Assembly (NCBI GenBank): GCA_964611435.1
Contig: CAZSXT010000002.1
Coordinates: forward strand, 64,308 to 128,307
Length of the DNA: 64,000 nt
Reading direction: 5' to 3'
From: an uncultured Rhodospirillaceae bacterium
Lineage (GTDB): Bacteria; Pseudomonadota; Alphaproteobacteria; Rhodospirillales; UBA2165
This document shows positions 48,237 through 57,837 of this stretch, in pieces. The number at the start of each line of letters is the position of its first letter. The first letter of the stretch is position 1. The notes under the pieces were generated by a model, which saw only the letters and a program-made list of their open reading frames with translations, was not told the origin of the DNA and did no database searches. Position numbers and translations under genes: made by a program.

Positions 48237-48557
48237 ATGACCACGCAAAATATCATCGAACAGAAAATTTTGGACGCGCTCACGCCCAGCTATCTGGACG
48301 TGATCAACGAGAGCCATATGCACAATGTGCCGCCGGGCTCCGAATCACATTTCAAGGTGGTGGTGGTGTCAGAAGCGTTTGACGGCCAGCGGCTGGTCCA
48401 GCGCCATCAGCAGATCAACGCGCTGCTGGCCGACGAGCTGGCGGGTGGCGTGCACGCGCTCACCATGCAGACCCTCACCGAAGAGGAATGGGTGAAGAAA
48501 AACGGCGTGGTACCGGATTCTCCCAACTGTCACGGTGGCTCGAAGGCGGACCGCTAG
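48237..48557 (+). CDS. bolA: BolA family protein
   Basis: 106 aa with [23 protein letters not shown]...RHQ. Confidence 0.85.
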   Translation: MTTQNIIEQKILDALTPSYLDVINESHMHNVPPGSESHFKVVVVSEAFDGQRLVQRHQQINALLADELAGGVHALTMQTLTEEEWVKKNGVVPDSPNCHGGSKADR

Positions 48558-48625
48558 ACCCAAGCCCAGGACCGTATCCGGGTTAACGCCGGTGACAAAG
48601 CAGCACGCCTGCCGTAGCATCGCGT

Positions 48626-49099
48626 ATGACCATCAGACGCCGCCAGTTCCGCGCCATCGGCTCCACCGTGGAAAAGCTGACCAAGCCGGTGTTCGGCCGC
48701 CGGGGTTTTGGCTCGCCGGCCATCGTCAATGACTGGCCGGAGATCATCGGCGGCATCCTGGCCGAGCACACGTTTCCGGAGCGTATCGCCTATCCCGCCG
48801 GCAAGCGGTCCGAAGGCACGTTGCATCTAAAGATCGACAGCGCCGCGCTGGCGCTGGAGCTGCAACACTTGGCGCCGCAGGTCATGGAACGGGTGAACAC
48901 CTATTTCGGCTTTAAGGCGGTGGCGGACATCCGCATCCTGCAGGGACCGCTGCCGGAAAAGCCGGAAAAGAAACCGCCGCCCGCGCCGTTGGACGAGGCC
49001 AAAAAACAGGAACTGAATCAAAAGCTGACCCTGGTCACCGACCCGGAGTTGAAAGCCGCGTTGGAGTCCTTGGGGACCGAGGTGATCCGCGACCGCTAG
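48626..49099 (+). CDS. DUF721 (DciA-like) protein
   Basis: 157 aa with WPEIIG...L.L.VDSAALALELQH, the typical DUF721 pattern. Confidence 0.7.
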   Translation: MTIRRRQFRAIGSTVEKLTKPVFGRRGFGSPAIVNDWPEIIGGILAEHTFPERIAYPAGKRSEGTLHLKIDSAALALELQHLAPQVMERVNTYFGFKAVADIRILQGPLPEKPEKKPPPAPLDEAKKQELNQKLTLVTDPELKAALESLGTEVIRDR

Positions 49100-50127
49100 G
49101 CCGCCTCCGCCCGATACAGATTAAGCTTTCGCATAATCTCCCGGTCGGAGATCTGGATCATCAGCGCGCGGTTGGACGCCGCCGTGTGGGAGAACCAAGT
49201 CCAATGGGGTACGGTGAAGACATCCTTGGCGGACCAGGAAACCTCTTCCTCGCCGATGCGGCTGGTCCCTTCCCCTTCCAAGACAATACACACCATGTTG
49301 GCCATTTCCCGGGTCTGCCGGGACGCTGCCCCACCACTTAAACTAAGCGCACGAGAATCAAGTGTGGGCAGCATCGGCCCGCCATCGACCGGGTTGAGGT
49401 AATTGAGGGTTTTCGTGCCGTCATCGGCTTCCGGCGTAGCCTCCACGGCGGCGACCACATCTTCCCAGGCATAGCGGAGCCGAGGCGAATGACGCACTTC
49501 CCCCGCCTCTACCTGCGGCAGGATGCCGCCCGCGCCGAACAACTTGTCCGGCAGGGTCGAGATATTCTCCGGGAAGGCATCGACCGGACCCATATCGCCG
49601 AACACCGCATCGAAACCGCCGACCAGCGGGATATCCAAGATATCGAGCCAGACCGCTCGCTTCCCGCTGTCGTTATCGTGATTGTGCCAGGTCCAGTTCG
49701 GCGTGATGATCAGATCGCCGTCGAACATATCGCAGCGCTTGCCGTCCACGAACGTGCCGCCCCCCGCCCCTTCCAGGATCACCCGGGTCGCCGCCGGCGT
49801 GTGGCGGTGGGGGGAGGTTCTTTCACCCGGCATCACACACTGATAAGCCGCCAGGATATTGGTCGTCGTGGCCATTCGGGGCGCGAGATGGGGGTTCTTC
49901 ATGATCAGCACCCGGTGATCCGCCTCCTTGCCCTGCACCAATTCGGCGGATTTTTCCACCAGCGCGGCCATTTCCGACCAGCGCCAAATCATCGGCGGTT
50001 CGGCCCGGTTGGGCTCGTCCATCACCAGGTTCTCATAAATCTCCCACAAGGGCGCCAGGTCATGCCCGGCGATCTCCTCCAGGTAGGCCTGCTTCTCCGG
50101 GCTTTTAATTGCTGCTGCGTCCGACAT
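49096..50127 (-). CDS. gentisate 1,2-dioxygenase-like bicupin dioxygenase
   Basis: The ATG at 50127 follows AAGGAG. It has PGERTSPHRHTPAATRVILEG...ITPNWTWHNH...WLDILDIPLV. Confidence 0.75.
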   Translation of the reverse strand: MSDAAAIKSPEKQAYLEEIAGHDLAPLWEIYENLVMDEPNRAEPPMIWRWSEMAALVEKSAELVQGKEADHRVLIMKNPHLAPRMATTTNILAAYQCVMPGERTSPHRHTPAATRVILEGAGGGTFVDGKRCDMFDGDLIITPNWTWHNHDNDSGKRAVWLDILDIPLVGGFDAVFGDMGPVDAFPENISTLPDKLFGAGGILPQVEAGEVRHSPRLRYAWEDVVAAVEATPEADDGTKTLNYLNPVDGGPMLPTLDSRALSLSGGAASRQTREMANMVCIVLEGEGTSRIGEEEVSWSAKDVFTVPHWTWFSHTAASNRALMIQISDREIMRKLNLYRAEAA

Positions 50128-50137
50128 TCCTGTCTCC

Positions 50138-51202
50138 TTACGCTCCGCCTTGGCTGAAATGGGGGATGACCTTTTCCCCGAACAGCCGGACCGAAGCCTC
50201 CGCTGTTTCCACATCCATATTGTCGAAATTGACCTGAAGCGACAATTCATCGATGCCACCCGCCGCCTCATTAAAAGCTTCTACCTGATCAATGATCTCC
50301 GCCGGCGTGCCGACAAAGGCGGCGTGGCTTTCGAGCTGATCCTCCAACGTCTGCTGCGCGATCTTATCACGAAGCTTGTCGTAATTTTGATACGCGGCCG
50401 ACGGGGTCCCGTCCTTGTATTCCGCCATCGCGTCAACAATGGCGGCAAAATGCCCCTCGACCCTTGGCTTGGCGACGCGGAACGCTTCCGCGCCGTCTTC
50501 GTGGCAATACATAAAGACCGCCATCATGATCCGGGGCTTGCCCGGATGGCCGGCCTCCCTCCAGGCATTGCGGTACCCGTCCATCAGCGCAATCGGGTCG
50601 GAACCTACGCCGGGGATAGCCATGATCCAGTGGCCCATCTTGCCCGCCCGTTCGAACGAGGCGGGCGTACCGACGGCGGCCACATAAAAATTGGGCCGGG
50701 GCCGTTGGATCGGCCGGGGATAGGTGGTCACGCCGGAGAAGCTGTGGAACTTGCCCAGCGAGGTGACGTTTTCTTCTTCCATCAATTTTTGCACCTGGGC
50801 GATGCCTTCCTCAAACCGCTCCACGCTTTCATCGATATCGACGTCGAAGTGGCGGAACTCCTGCGGCAGAAAGGCGCGGGCGAATCCGATATCCAATCGA
50901 CCGCCGCAAATTCCGTCCAACATGGCCAGATCGGACGCCAGTTTAAGGGGGTGATTGAACGCCGGCAGTACGGCGCCGGTGACCATCCGCGCGGTCTTGG
51001 TATGTTGGGACGCCATGGTCAGGAAAACAATCGGGTTCGGGCTGTTGCCGCCCCAATGATGGAAATAGTGTTCGACCGTCCGAACATGGGAATAACCATA
51101 TTCGTCACAGAGCGAGATCAGCCGTATCGCGTCGGCGTAATAGTCTGTGGGCGACTTCAGGTTTTCCGGCGTGTCCGGAAAGAATTGCATACCAAACTGC
51201 AC
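50138..51202 (-). CDS. LLM-class (luciferase-like) flavin-dependent oxidoreductase
   Basis: 354 aa beginning MQFGMQFFP, with VEHYFHHWGG...GRLDIGFARAF. Confidence 0.85.
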   Translation of the reverse strand: MQFGMQFFPDTPENLKSPTDYYADAIRLISLCDEYGYSHVRTVEHYFHHWGGNSPNPIVFLTMASQHTKTARMVTGAVLPAFNHPLKLASDLAMLDGICGGRLDIGFARAFLPQEFRHFDVDIDESVERFEEGIAQVQKLMEEENVTSLGKFHSFSGVTTYPRPIQRPRPNFYVAAVGTPASFERAGKMGHWIMAIPGVGSDPIALMDGYRNAWREAGHPGKPRIMMAVFMYCHEDGAEAFRVAKPRVEGHFAAIVDAMAEYKDGTPSAAYQNYDKLRDKIAQQTLEDQLESHAAFVGTPAEIIDQVEAFNEAAGGIDELSLQVNFDNMDVETAEASVRLFGEKVIPHFSQGGA

Positions 51203-51441
51203 TATGACCTCCTGCTTCGAATCCCGATCCTAACACACTGAAGCATAGCCCGCGGGCGCGCGCTTCACCAGACACGGAAACCCAGACTCGGAACCATATG
51301 CCCTTAAACGGGTGATTCGCCCACGGCGGTGCCAAATTCGGCCTCACAATCGCCATGATCCGTCCAGAAGGTAGGTTCAACCGATTGTCATTGGGAAAAA
51401 GGGCCAGAAATTCGCATACTTATCCCCAATTTTAGCTCTGG

Positions 51442-51487
51442 ATGCCTCTTTTCGACGCTTGTCGGCTCGCCCAGAGGCATTTATATT
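51442..51487 (+). promoter_or_regulatory. hairpin plus U-rich tail just upstream of the dsbA-family start
   Basis: The 8-bp arms atgcctct (51442-51449) and agaggcat (51473-51480) are followed by ttatatt. Confidence 0.35.
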
Positions 51488-51504
51488 CGTCAACATGTTG
51501 TGGT

Positions 51505-52149
51505 ATGGAGGCTTTATTGCCCAAACATTTAGTTAAAATCGTCGCGATCCTGGGAATTGTCACGACTACCACCCTGTCGGCTGGCCCTGCGCGCGCGCAA
51601 ACCCTGCCGCCGGAAGCGGAAATGACGGCCGAGCGGGTTCTGGGCAGCAAGGACGCGCCGCTGACGCTGATCGAATACGCTTCGATGACCTGCCCGCACT
51701 GCGCCGCCTTCCATAACGGCCCCTATCAGGTCATCAAGAAGGAATACATCGATACCGGAAAACTGAAACTGATTTACCGGGATTTCCCGCTGAACAATAC
51801 GGATTTGGCCGCCATGATGATGGCCCGCTGTGTGCCGGCGGACCGCTATTTCGGCGTGGTGGAGATCGTCTTTAAGACCCAATCGACCTGGCTGAAGGCG
51901 CAAAATCAGACACAAGCCCTGGGCAATCTGGCCCGATTTGCCCAAATCAGCCCGGCGACATTCAATGCCTGCGTCTCCAACGAAACCCTGTTGAAAAAGA
52001 TCGTGGTGTCGCGGGAAGAAGGCATTGCCAAACATCAAGTCAGCGGCACGCCCACATTGATCCTCAATGGCAATAAAATTAATTCCGAAATGTCGGACGC
52101 GCAGGTGCGCGAGGTGATGGATGCGGCGCTGGCGAAAGTGAAGAAATAA
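51505..52149 (+). CDS. DsbA-family thiol:disulfide oxidoreductase
   Basis: It has a signal peptide and a CPHC active site. The ATG at 51505 is preferred over 51442. Confidence 0.85.
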   Translation: MEALLPKHLVKIVAILGIVTTTTLSAGPARAQTLPPEAEMTAERVLGSKDAPLTLIEYASMTCPHCAAFHNGPYQVIKKEYIDTGKLKLIYRDFPLNNTDLAAMMMARCVPADRYFGVVEIVFKTQSTWLKAQNQTQALGNLARFAQISPATFNACVSNETLLKKIVVSREEGIAKHQVSGTPTLILNGNKINSEMSDAQVREVMDAALAKVKK

Positions 52150-52217
52150 AAGAGACGGGCGGCGCGAATTTGCCGCCTGACGTGGTGTGACAATAAGAAT
52201 GGGGGCCGTGAAAGCCC

Positions 52218-55200
52218 GTGCAATTTACGAAGCTGAGACTGAGCGGATTTAAGTCGTTCGTCGATCCGACCGAGTTGGATATCCAGCCCGGCGTCAGCGG
52301 GGTCGTGGGCCCCAACGGCTGCGGCAAATCCAATCTGGTGGAAGCGCTCAAATGGGTGATGGGCGAGACATCGGCCAAGCAGATGCGCGGCGGCGAGATG
52401 GATGACGTTATCTTTTCCGGCACCGCCAACCGTCCGTCCCGCAACGTGGCTGAGGTGGCGCTGGCGCTCGACAATACCGACCGCACGGCGCCGGCCCAAT
52501 TTAACGACTTCGATGATTTGGAAGTCAGCCGCAAGATCGAGCGGGAGAAAGGCTCCACCTACAAGGTCAACGCCAAGGAAGTGCGCGCCCGTGACGTGCA
52601 TCTGCTGTTTGCCGACCAGGCCTCCGGCGCGCGGTCTACGGCGCTGGTCAGCCAGGGCAAGATCGGCGAGGTGGTCTCCGCCAAGCCGACCGACCGACGA
52701 AAGCTTTTGGAAGAAGCCGCCGGCATCACCGGTCTTCATTCCCGCCGCCATGAAGCCGAATTGCGGCTGCGCGGCGCAGAGACAAACCTGGAACGGCTGG
52801 ACGACGTCATGGTCACCCTGGAGGCGCAGATGCAGAGTCTCCGCAAGCAGGTGCGCCAGGCGACTCGCTACCGCAATCTCAACGATCATATCCGCAAGGC
52901 AGAGGCGACGTTTTTCCTGATCCGCTGGAAAGCGGCGGCGGAAGAGCTCGAGAACGCACGGCAGAAACTGAACGAATCAGAGCGCGTGGTCGGCGAGTTG
53001 ACCGGCGCGGCGTCCTCGGCCGCTGCGGAACGAGCGAGAATTGCCGAGACCCTGCCGCAGTTGCGCAACGCCGAGGCCGAAGCGGCCGCCGGCCTGCAAC
53101 GGTTGAGTCTCGCCCGGGAAAGCCTGGAAGAGGAAGAGGGCCGGCTGGAGTCGGCCAAACAGCAGGCCCAAGCGCAGTTGGAACAAATCACCCGGGACAT
53201 TGAACGGGAAACCACGCTTGCGGCTGACGCCAATGCGGCGCTGACCCGTCTCGAAGGAGAGAAGGAAGAGATCGCCGGCACCGGTGACGACCTGGAAAGC
53301 GCGCTGAACGAGGCCGGTGAGAAACTGGAAAGCGTGCGCAGCGGCTACCAAGACGCCGAAGCCAAGTCCGCCGCCGCCACGGAAACCTTGGCCAATGCTG
53401 AAGCTCGGCGCGCCGATCTGTCCCGGCGTTGTAAGGAATTGACGGCGCGGGTCCAGCGCCTTAGTGAGCAGCAAAGCGCACTGGGCGAACAGATAACGAC
53501 CCTGGAAGCCAACGCCGAGGATATCCAGGCGCTGCGGGACGCAGAGAGTAATCTGACCGCCGCCGGAGAAACCCTGGAGACCGCCCGCATCGAAGGCGAA
53601 GCCGCGGTGCAGGCGCGCATTGCCGCCGGCGAAGCCCAGTCCGAGGCCCAGGACGCCGCACAACAGGCCAGCCGGGAAGCGACGAAGCTAGAGGCCGAGG
53701 AAAACGCGCTCGCCAAATTGCTGGAGAACGGCGATCCGGATCTGTGGCCGCCCCTGGTGGACGCCCTGCAGGTCGAAGTCGGATATGAAACGGCGCTGGG
53801 GACGGCGCTGGGCGATGATCTATCCGCTGCCACCGACGAAGCTGCGCCCGTCCATTGGCGCAGCCTGCCGCCGCTGGGAAATCAGGCGTCCCTGCCCTCG
53901 GGTGCGACACCGCTGTCGAATTTTGTCACCGGCTCCCCCGCCACTCAGCGCCGCCTGTCCCAGGTCGGCGTGGTCGAGGATGCGGAAACCGGCTGGCGGC
54001 TCTTATCCCAACTGCAACAGGGCCAACGGCTTGTCACCAAGGACGGGGCGTTCTGGCGCTGGGACGGCTACACGGCGGCCTCCGATTCGCCGGGCGCGCA
54101 GGCCGTCCGCCTGGAGCAGCGCAATCGGCTCAAGGAAATTCGCCAAGCCCTGACCGAAGCCCGCCGTCTGGCCAACGAGGCCGAAGCGAAAGCCCACACC
54201 GCCAAACAAGCAGCGGAAGAAGCAGGCCGCCGGGAAAACCGGGCCCGCGATGCGGTCCGTGAGGCCGAAGCCATTCATGCCGCCGCACAAGTCCGTCATG
54301 GTGATCTGCGGCAAAAAACGGCGGAAACCGACACTAAACTCTCGGCGCAGAAAGAGAACGCGGTTCGCATTGCCGGCGAGTTAGAAGAAAACAAAGTTGC
54401 GCTAAACGCTGCGCAAGAAGAACAGGCCGGGCTCCGTAACGCCGAAGAAGCCCGCCGGGAAGCGGACTCTTTGAAGGCTGCGGCTGAAGAGAAACGCGGA
54501 CACTTTATCGAGGCCCAAAGCGCCTTTGACACGCTCCGCAATCAGGCTGAGACGCGCCAGCGCCGGTTGGAGACCATATCCCAGGAACTGACCTCTTGGG
54601 CGGAACGTAAGACCGGCGCGGAACAACGCCAGGAACAATTGCAGGAGCGCAAAGCCTCCCTGGAGGAAGAACGGGAACGGCTGAATTCTCAACCAGATGC
54701 GATCAAGACCCGCCGCCAGGAACTGATGGACCGGGTCGAAGGCGCGGAACAGAAACGCAAACAAGCCGCCGATAATCTGGCCGAGCAGGAAACCAAACTG
54801 GCGGAGGCCGATAAAATTTCCCGGGAAGCCGAGACGCACCTGTCGTCCATGCGGGAACAACGGGTCCGCGCGGAATCTTCCGTGGAGCAAGCAAAGCAAG
54901 GTTCCGAAGCGCTGGTGGAACGCATGCAGGATCGCCTGAGCTGCGGTCCCGATGCGCTCCGGGAACTCTCGGGCCTGGCCGAGGATGCCGAACTGCCCGA
55001 ACTGGAAGCGTCGGAAAAGCGGGTGGAACGGCTGCTGAGGGAGCGAGAGAATATGGGCCCGGTCAACCTGCGCGCCGAAGCCGAATCCCAGGAACTTTCG
55101 GAACAAATCGAAGCACTGACCACGGAACGGGATGAATTGCTGGCCGCCATCGACAAACTGCGGCGCGGGATCAATCAGATTAACCGGGAGGGCCGGCAGC

Positions 55201-55679
55201 GGCTGTTGGACTCCTTCGAACAAGTGGACAAACACTTCCAGGAATTGTTCGTTCGGCTGTTTGGCGGCGGCCGGGCGCACCTGACCCTGACCGAATCGGA
55301 TGATCCTTTGGAGGCCGGTATCGAGATTATGGCCAGCCCGCCCGGCAAACGGCTGCAGGTTCTGTCCCTGCTGTCCGGCGGCGAACAGGCCCTGACCGCG
55401 CTTGCGCTGCTGTTCGGCGTGTTCATGACCAACCCCGCGCCCATCTGTGTGCTGGACGAGGTGGATGCCCCGCTGGACGACGCCAATGTGGACCGGTTCT
55501 GCACCATGGTCAGTGAAATCGCGCATTCCCTATCGACCCGTTTCGTCGTCATCACCCACCACCGAATGACCATGGCCCGCGTGGACCGGCTTTTCGGCGT
55601 CACCATGGGTGAGCAAGGGGTATCTCAACTGGTCTCCGTGGACCTGGGACAAGCTCTGGAACTGCGCGACATCGCCTGA
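52218..55679 (+). CDS. smc: chromosome segregation protein SMC
   Basis: 1153 aa with Walker A GPNGCGKSN, long coiled coils, the signature LSGGE and Walker B VLDEVDAPLD. The start codon is GTG. Confidence 0.95.
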   Translation: MQFTKLRLSGFKSFVDPTELDIQPGVSGVVGPNGCGKSNLVEALKWVMGETSAKQMRGGEMDDVIFSGTANRPSRNVAEVALALDNTDRTAPAQFNDFDDLEVSRKIEREKGSTYKVNAKEVRARDVHLLFADQASGARSTALVSQGKIGEVVSAKPTDRRKLLEEAAGITGLHSRRHEAELRLRGAETNLERLDDVMVTLEAQMQSLRKQVRQATRYRNLNDHIRKAEATFFLIRWKAAAEELENARQKLNESERVVGELTGAASSAAAERARIAETLPQLRNAEAEAAAGLQRLSLARESLEEEEGRLESAKQQAQAQLEQITRDIERETTLAADANAALTRLEGEKEEIAGTGDDLESALNEAGEKLESVRSGYQDAEAKSAAATETLANAEARRADLSRRCKELTARVQRLSEQQSALGEQITTLEANAEDIQALRDAESNLTAAGETLETARIEGEAAVQARIAAGEAQSEAQDAAQQASREATKLEAEENALAKLLENGDPDLWPPLVDALQVEVGYETALGTALGDDLSAATDEAAPVHWRSLPPLGNQASLPSGATPLSNFVTGSPATQRRLSQVGVVEDAETGWRLLSQLQQGQRLVTKDGAFWRWDGYTAASDSPGAQAVRLEQRNRLKEIRQALTEARRLANEAEAKAHTAKQAAEEAGRRENRARDAVREAEAIHAAAQVRHGDLRQKTAETDTKLSAQKENAVRIAGELEENKVALNAAQEEQAGLRNAEEARREADSLKAAAEEKRGHFIEAQSAFDTLRNQAETRQRRLETISQELTSWAERKTGAEQRQEQLQERKASLEEERERLNSQPDAIKTRRQELMDRVEGAEQKRKQAADNLAEQETKLAEADKISREAETHLSSMREQRVRAESSVEQAKQGSEALVERMQDRLSCGPDALRELSGLAEDAELPELEASEKRVERLLRERENMGPVNLRAEAESQELSEQIEALTTERDELLAAIDKLRRGINQINREGRQRLLDSFEQVDKHFQELFVRLFGGGRAHLTLTESDDPLEAGIEIMASPPGKRLQVLSLLSGGEQALTALALLFGVFMTNPAPICVLDEVDAPLDDANVDRFCTMVSEIAHSLSTRFVVITHHRMTMARVDRLFGVTMGEQGVSQLVSVDLGQALELRDIA

Positions 55680-55736
55680 ACCAGGCGGCAATTTTTACCT
55701 AAATATTTCAATAACTTATCGTCTTTTTATTGTTCC

Positions 55737-55764
55737 TTGACACTCTCGGGGACGGCCTATATGT
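55737..55764 (+). promoter_or_regulatory. candidate sigma70 promoter of the atp F0 operon
   Basis: TTGACA (55737-55742), a 15-16-nt spacer, then TATATG/ATATGT, preceded by an AT-rich UP-like tract. Confidence 0.4.
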
Positions 55765-55859
55765 TCCCTCGCGAATCCATTGGCGCGACTTCGTCCGGAA
55801 GGAGTTTTCTGCCGACAGCCCATTAGCGTTCATGACGGTTCTGTAACCCGATTATTTGA

Positions 55860-56249
55860 ATGGGCGCTTCAGCGATGACCGAGGAAAAAAAACCACTGTC
55901 CCGACAGGACTTTGATGAACGCCTGCGGCGTGCCCGCGGCGAAGGTGGTGATCCGAAGCATCGTATGCGGTCGGCGGAAGATGACAGCGGCAAAGCCATC
56001 GCCTTTCGCATCGGCACCGAACTGGTGGTGGCCGTGGCGGTTGGCGGCGGGATCGGTTATCTGCTGGATAACTGGCTGGGCACCGGGCCTTGGTTGCTGA
56101 TGGTATTCTTGTTATTGGGAAACGTTGCCGGCTTATGGAACATTTTCCGAATGACAAACAAACAGGGGTATGCCGCCGGGTTCAAACACGATCAGGCCAA
56201 CTCCGATGCGATTGAAATAGAAGACGCGTACAGAGACAAAGACGACTGA
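55860..56249 (+). CDS. atpI: ATP synthase protein I (AtpI/AtpZ family)
   Basis: Small two-TM protein at the first position of the F0 operon. Confidence 0.7.
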   Translation: MGASAMTEEKKPLSRQDFDERLRRARGEGGDPKHRMRSAEDDSGKAIAFRIGTELVVAVAVGGGIGYLLDNWLGTGPWLLMVFLLLGNVAGLWNIFRMTNKQGYAAGFKHDQANSDAIEIEDAYRDKDD

Positions 56250-56265
56250 GTGAAGGACTGGAAGA

Positions 56266-57009
56266 TTGGCTGAAGCCCATAACCCGCTGGAACAGTTTGA
56301 AATCAAGGCGCTGGTGCCGATTCAGATCGGCGATTTAAATGCGTCGTTCACCAATTCATCGCTGTTCATGGTTCTGGCCGTTATCTGCGCCACGGCGCTG
56401 ATGGTCTTCGCCGTCCGCCCGCGCAACACCATCCCGGGCCGCTGGCAGCTTATCGCGGAGCTCTGTTATCAATTCATCGCCAATATGGTCAGCGACAATA
56501 TCGGCAAAGAGGGCAAGACCTATTTCCCCTTTGTGTTTTCGATTTTCGTCTTTGTCCTGTTTGGCAATTTCCTGGGCATGCTGCCCTACAGCTTTACCTT
56601 CACCAGCCACATCGCGGTCACCCTGACCATGGCGCTGGTGATCTTTATCATGGTGACCGTGATCGCCTTCATTAAGCACGGGATGCACTTTTTCTCGTTC
56701 TTTCTGCCGAAGGGCGTACCGATTTTCCTGTCGCCGCTGCTGATTGTGATTGAGGTGATCTCTTATTTCACCCGGCCGTTCAGTCTGTCGATCCGGCTGT
56801 TCGCCAATATGATGGCGGGCCATACGCTACTTAAAGTGGTCGGCGGTTTCGTATTCCCGCTGGGCGCCATCAGCGCCGCTTTCGGCATTGTGCCGGTCGC
56901 CGGACTGGTCGCCATTACGGGGCTGGAATTCCTGATTGCCTTCCTGCAGGCCTATATCTTTACGATTCTGACCTGCATTTACATTAACGATGCGGTGCAC
57001 CTGCACTGA
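56266..57009 (+). CDS. atpB: F0F1 ATP synthase subunit a
   Basis: 247 aa with the LSIRLFANMMAGH motif. The start codon is TTG. Confidence 0.95.
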   Translation: MAEAHNPLEQFEIKALVPIQIGDLNASFTNSSLFMVLAVICATALMVFAVRPRNTIPGRWQLIAELCYQFIANMVSDNIGKEGKTYFPFVFSIFVFVLFGNFLGMLPYSFTFTSHIAVTLTMALVIFIMVTVIAFIKHGMHFFSFFLPKGVPIFLSPLLIVIEVISYFTRPFSLSIRLFANMMAGHTLLKVVGGFVFPLGAISAAFGIVPVAGLVAITGLEFLIAFLQAYIFTILTCIYINDAVHLH

Positions 57010-57058
57010 TTAACCAATTTGAACGTTTACTATCCGAATTAAGGAAAGGACTTAGAAA

Positions 57059-57283
57059 ATGGACGTAGAAGCTGCAAAACTGATTGGCGCCGGTCTCGCC
57101 ACCCTCGGCTTTATCGGACCGGGCGTCGGTATCGGCCTGATCTGGGCCGCCCTGATCAACGCTGTCGGCCGCAACCCGGCTGCCGCGGGTTCGGTCACCA
57201 CCACAGCGTGGGTGTCCTTCGCCCTGGTGGAAGCCTTGGCGATTTTCGCCCTGGCGATCGCGCTTCTGATCTTGTTCGGTTAA
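57059..57283 (+). CDS. atpE: F0F1 ATP synthase subunit c
   Basis: 74-aa hairpin proteolipid with the conserved carboxylate in ALVEALAIF. Confidence 0.95.
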   Translation: MDVEAAKLIGAGLATLGFIGPGVGIGLIWAALINAVGRNPAAAGSVTTTAWVSFALVEALAIFALAIALLILFG

Positions 57284-57291
57284 CAGGGTTT

Positions 57292-57309
57292 GGGCCGGTT
57301 CGCCGGCCC
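57292..57309 (+). other. intra-operon stem-loop after atpE
   Basis: Perfect 7-bp stem gggccgg/ccggccc closed by a ttcg tetraloop, with no T-run after it. Confidence 0.5.
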
Positions 57310-57338
57310 GCAACCCCGGACACGGGATCGGCTGACAG

Positions 57339-57827
57339 ATGCCTCAACTAGACCTTACCGGCTTTGCGCCGCAAATAATCTGGCTGGTCATCACGTTTAT
57401 CGCGCTTTGGCTGCTGATGGCGCGCGTCGCCTTGCCGCGTATCAGCAATGTGCTCGAAGAACGGCAGGCCAGGATTGATGACAATCTGGACGCCGCGCAG
57501 AACCTGCGCAACGAGGCGGAAGCGGAGTTGGAGGCCTATGAAAAAACCCTGGCTGACGCTCGGGAACAGGCCCGTCAGGCGATCCAACAGGCTCATGGCG
57601 AAGCAACCGCCGATGCGGCGGCGCGTCAGGAAGAGCTGGGCCAGCGCCTCGCCAACGACGTCAAGGACGCCGAAGCGCGGATTGCCAAGGCCAAGGACGA
57701 CGCCATTGGCAGCATCCGTGATGTGGCTGCCGACACCGCCTCGGCGATAACGGAACGGCTGATCGGCGCGACCGCGTCGTCTGAGGCTGTCGCCGCCGCC
57801 GTTGACGCGGCGATGAAAGACAAGTGA
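57339..57827 (+). CDS. atpF2: F0F1 ATP synthase subunit b'
   Basis: MPQLDLTGFAPQIIWLVITFIALWLLM...LPRISNVLEER, the typical alphaproteobacterial b' sequence. Confidence 0.9.
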   Translation: MPQLDLTGFAPQIIWLVITFIALWLLMARVALPRISNVLEERQARIDDNLDAAQNLRNEAEAELEAYEKTLADAREQARQAIQQAHGEATADAAARQEELGQRLANDVKDAEARIAKAKDDAIGSIRDVAADTASAITERLIGATASSEAVAAAVDAAMKDK

Positions 57828-57837
57828 GGACCGGGTC

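Noticed and set aside
50150-51241. 363-aa plus-strand ORF opposite the LLM oxidoreductase gene
   Set aside because: It is antisense to a well-supported LLM gene and has an Arg/Gly/His-rich composition without motifs.
54402-55526. 374-aa minus-strand ORF, and several 130-230-aa ORFs, inside smc
   Set aside because: They are antisense or off-frame shadows of the SMC coiled-coil region. The repetitive Ala/Glu/Arg/Leu codons give long open frames on both strands.
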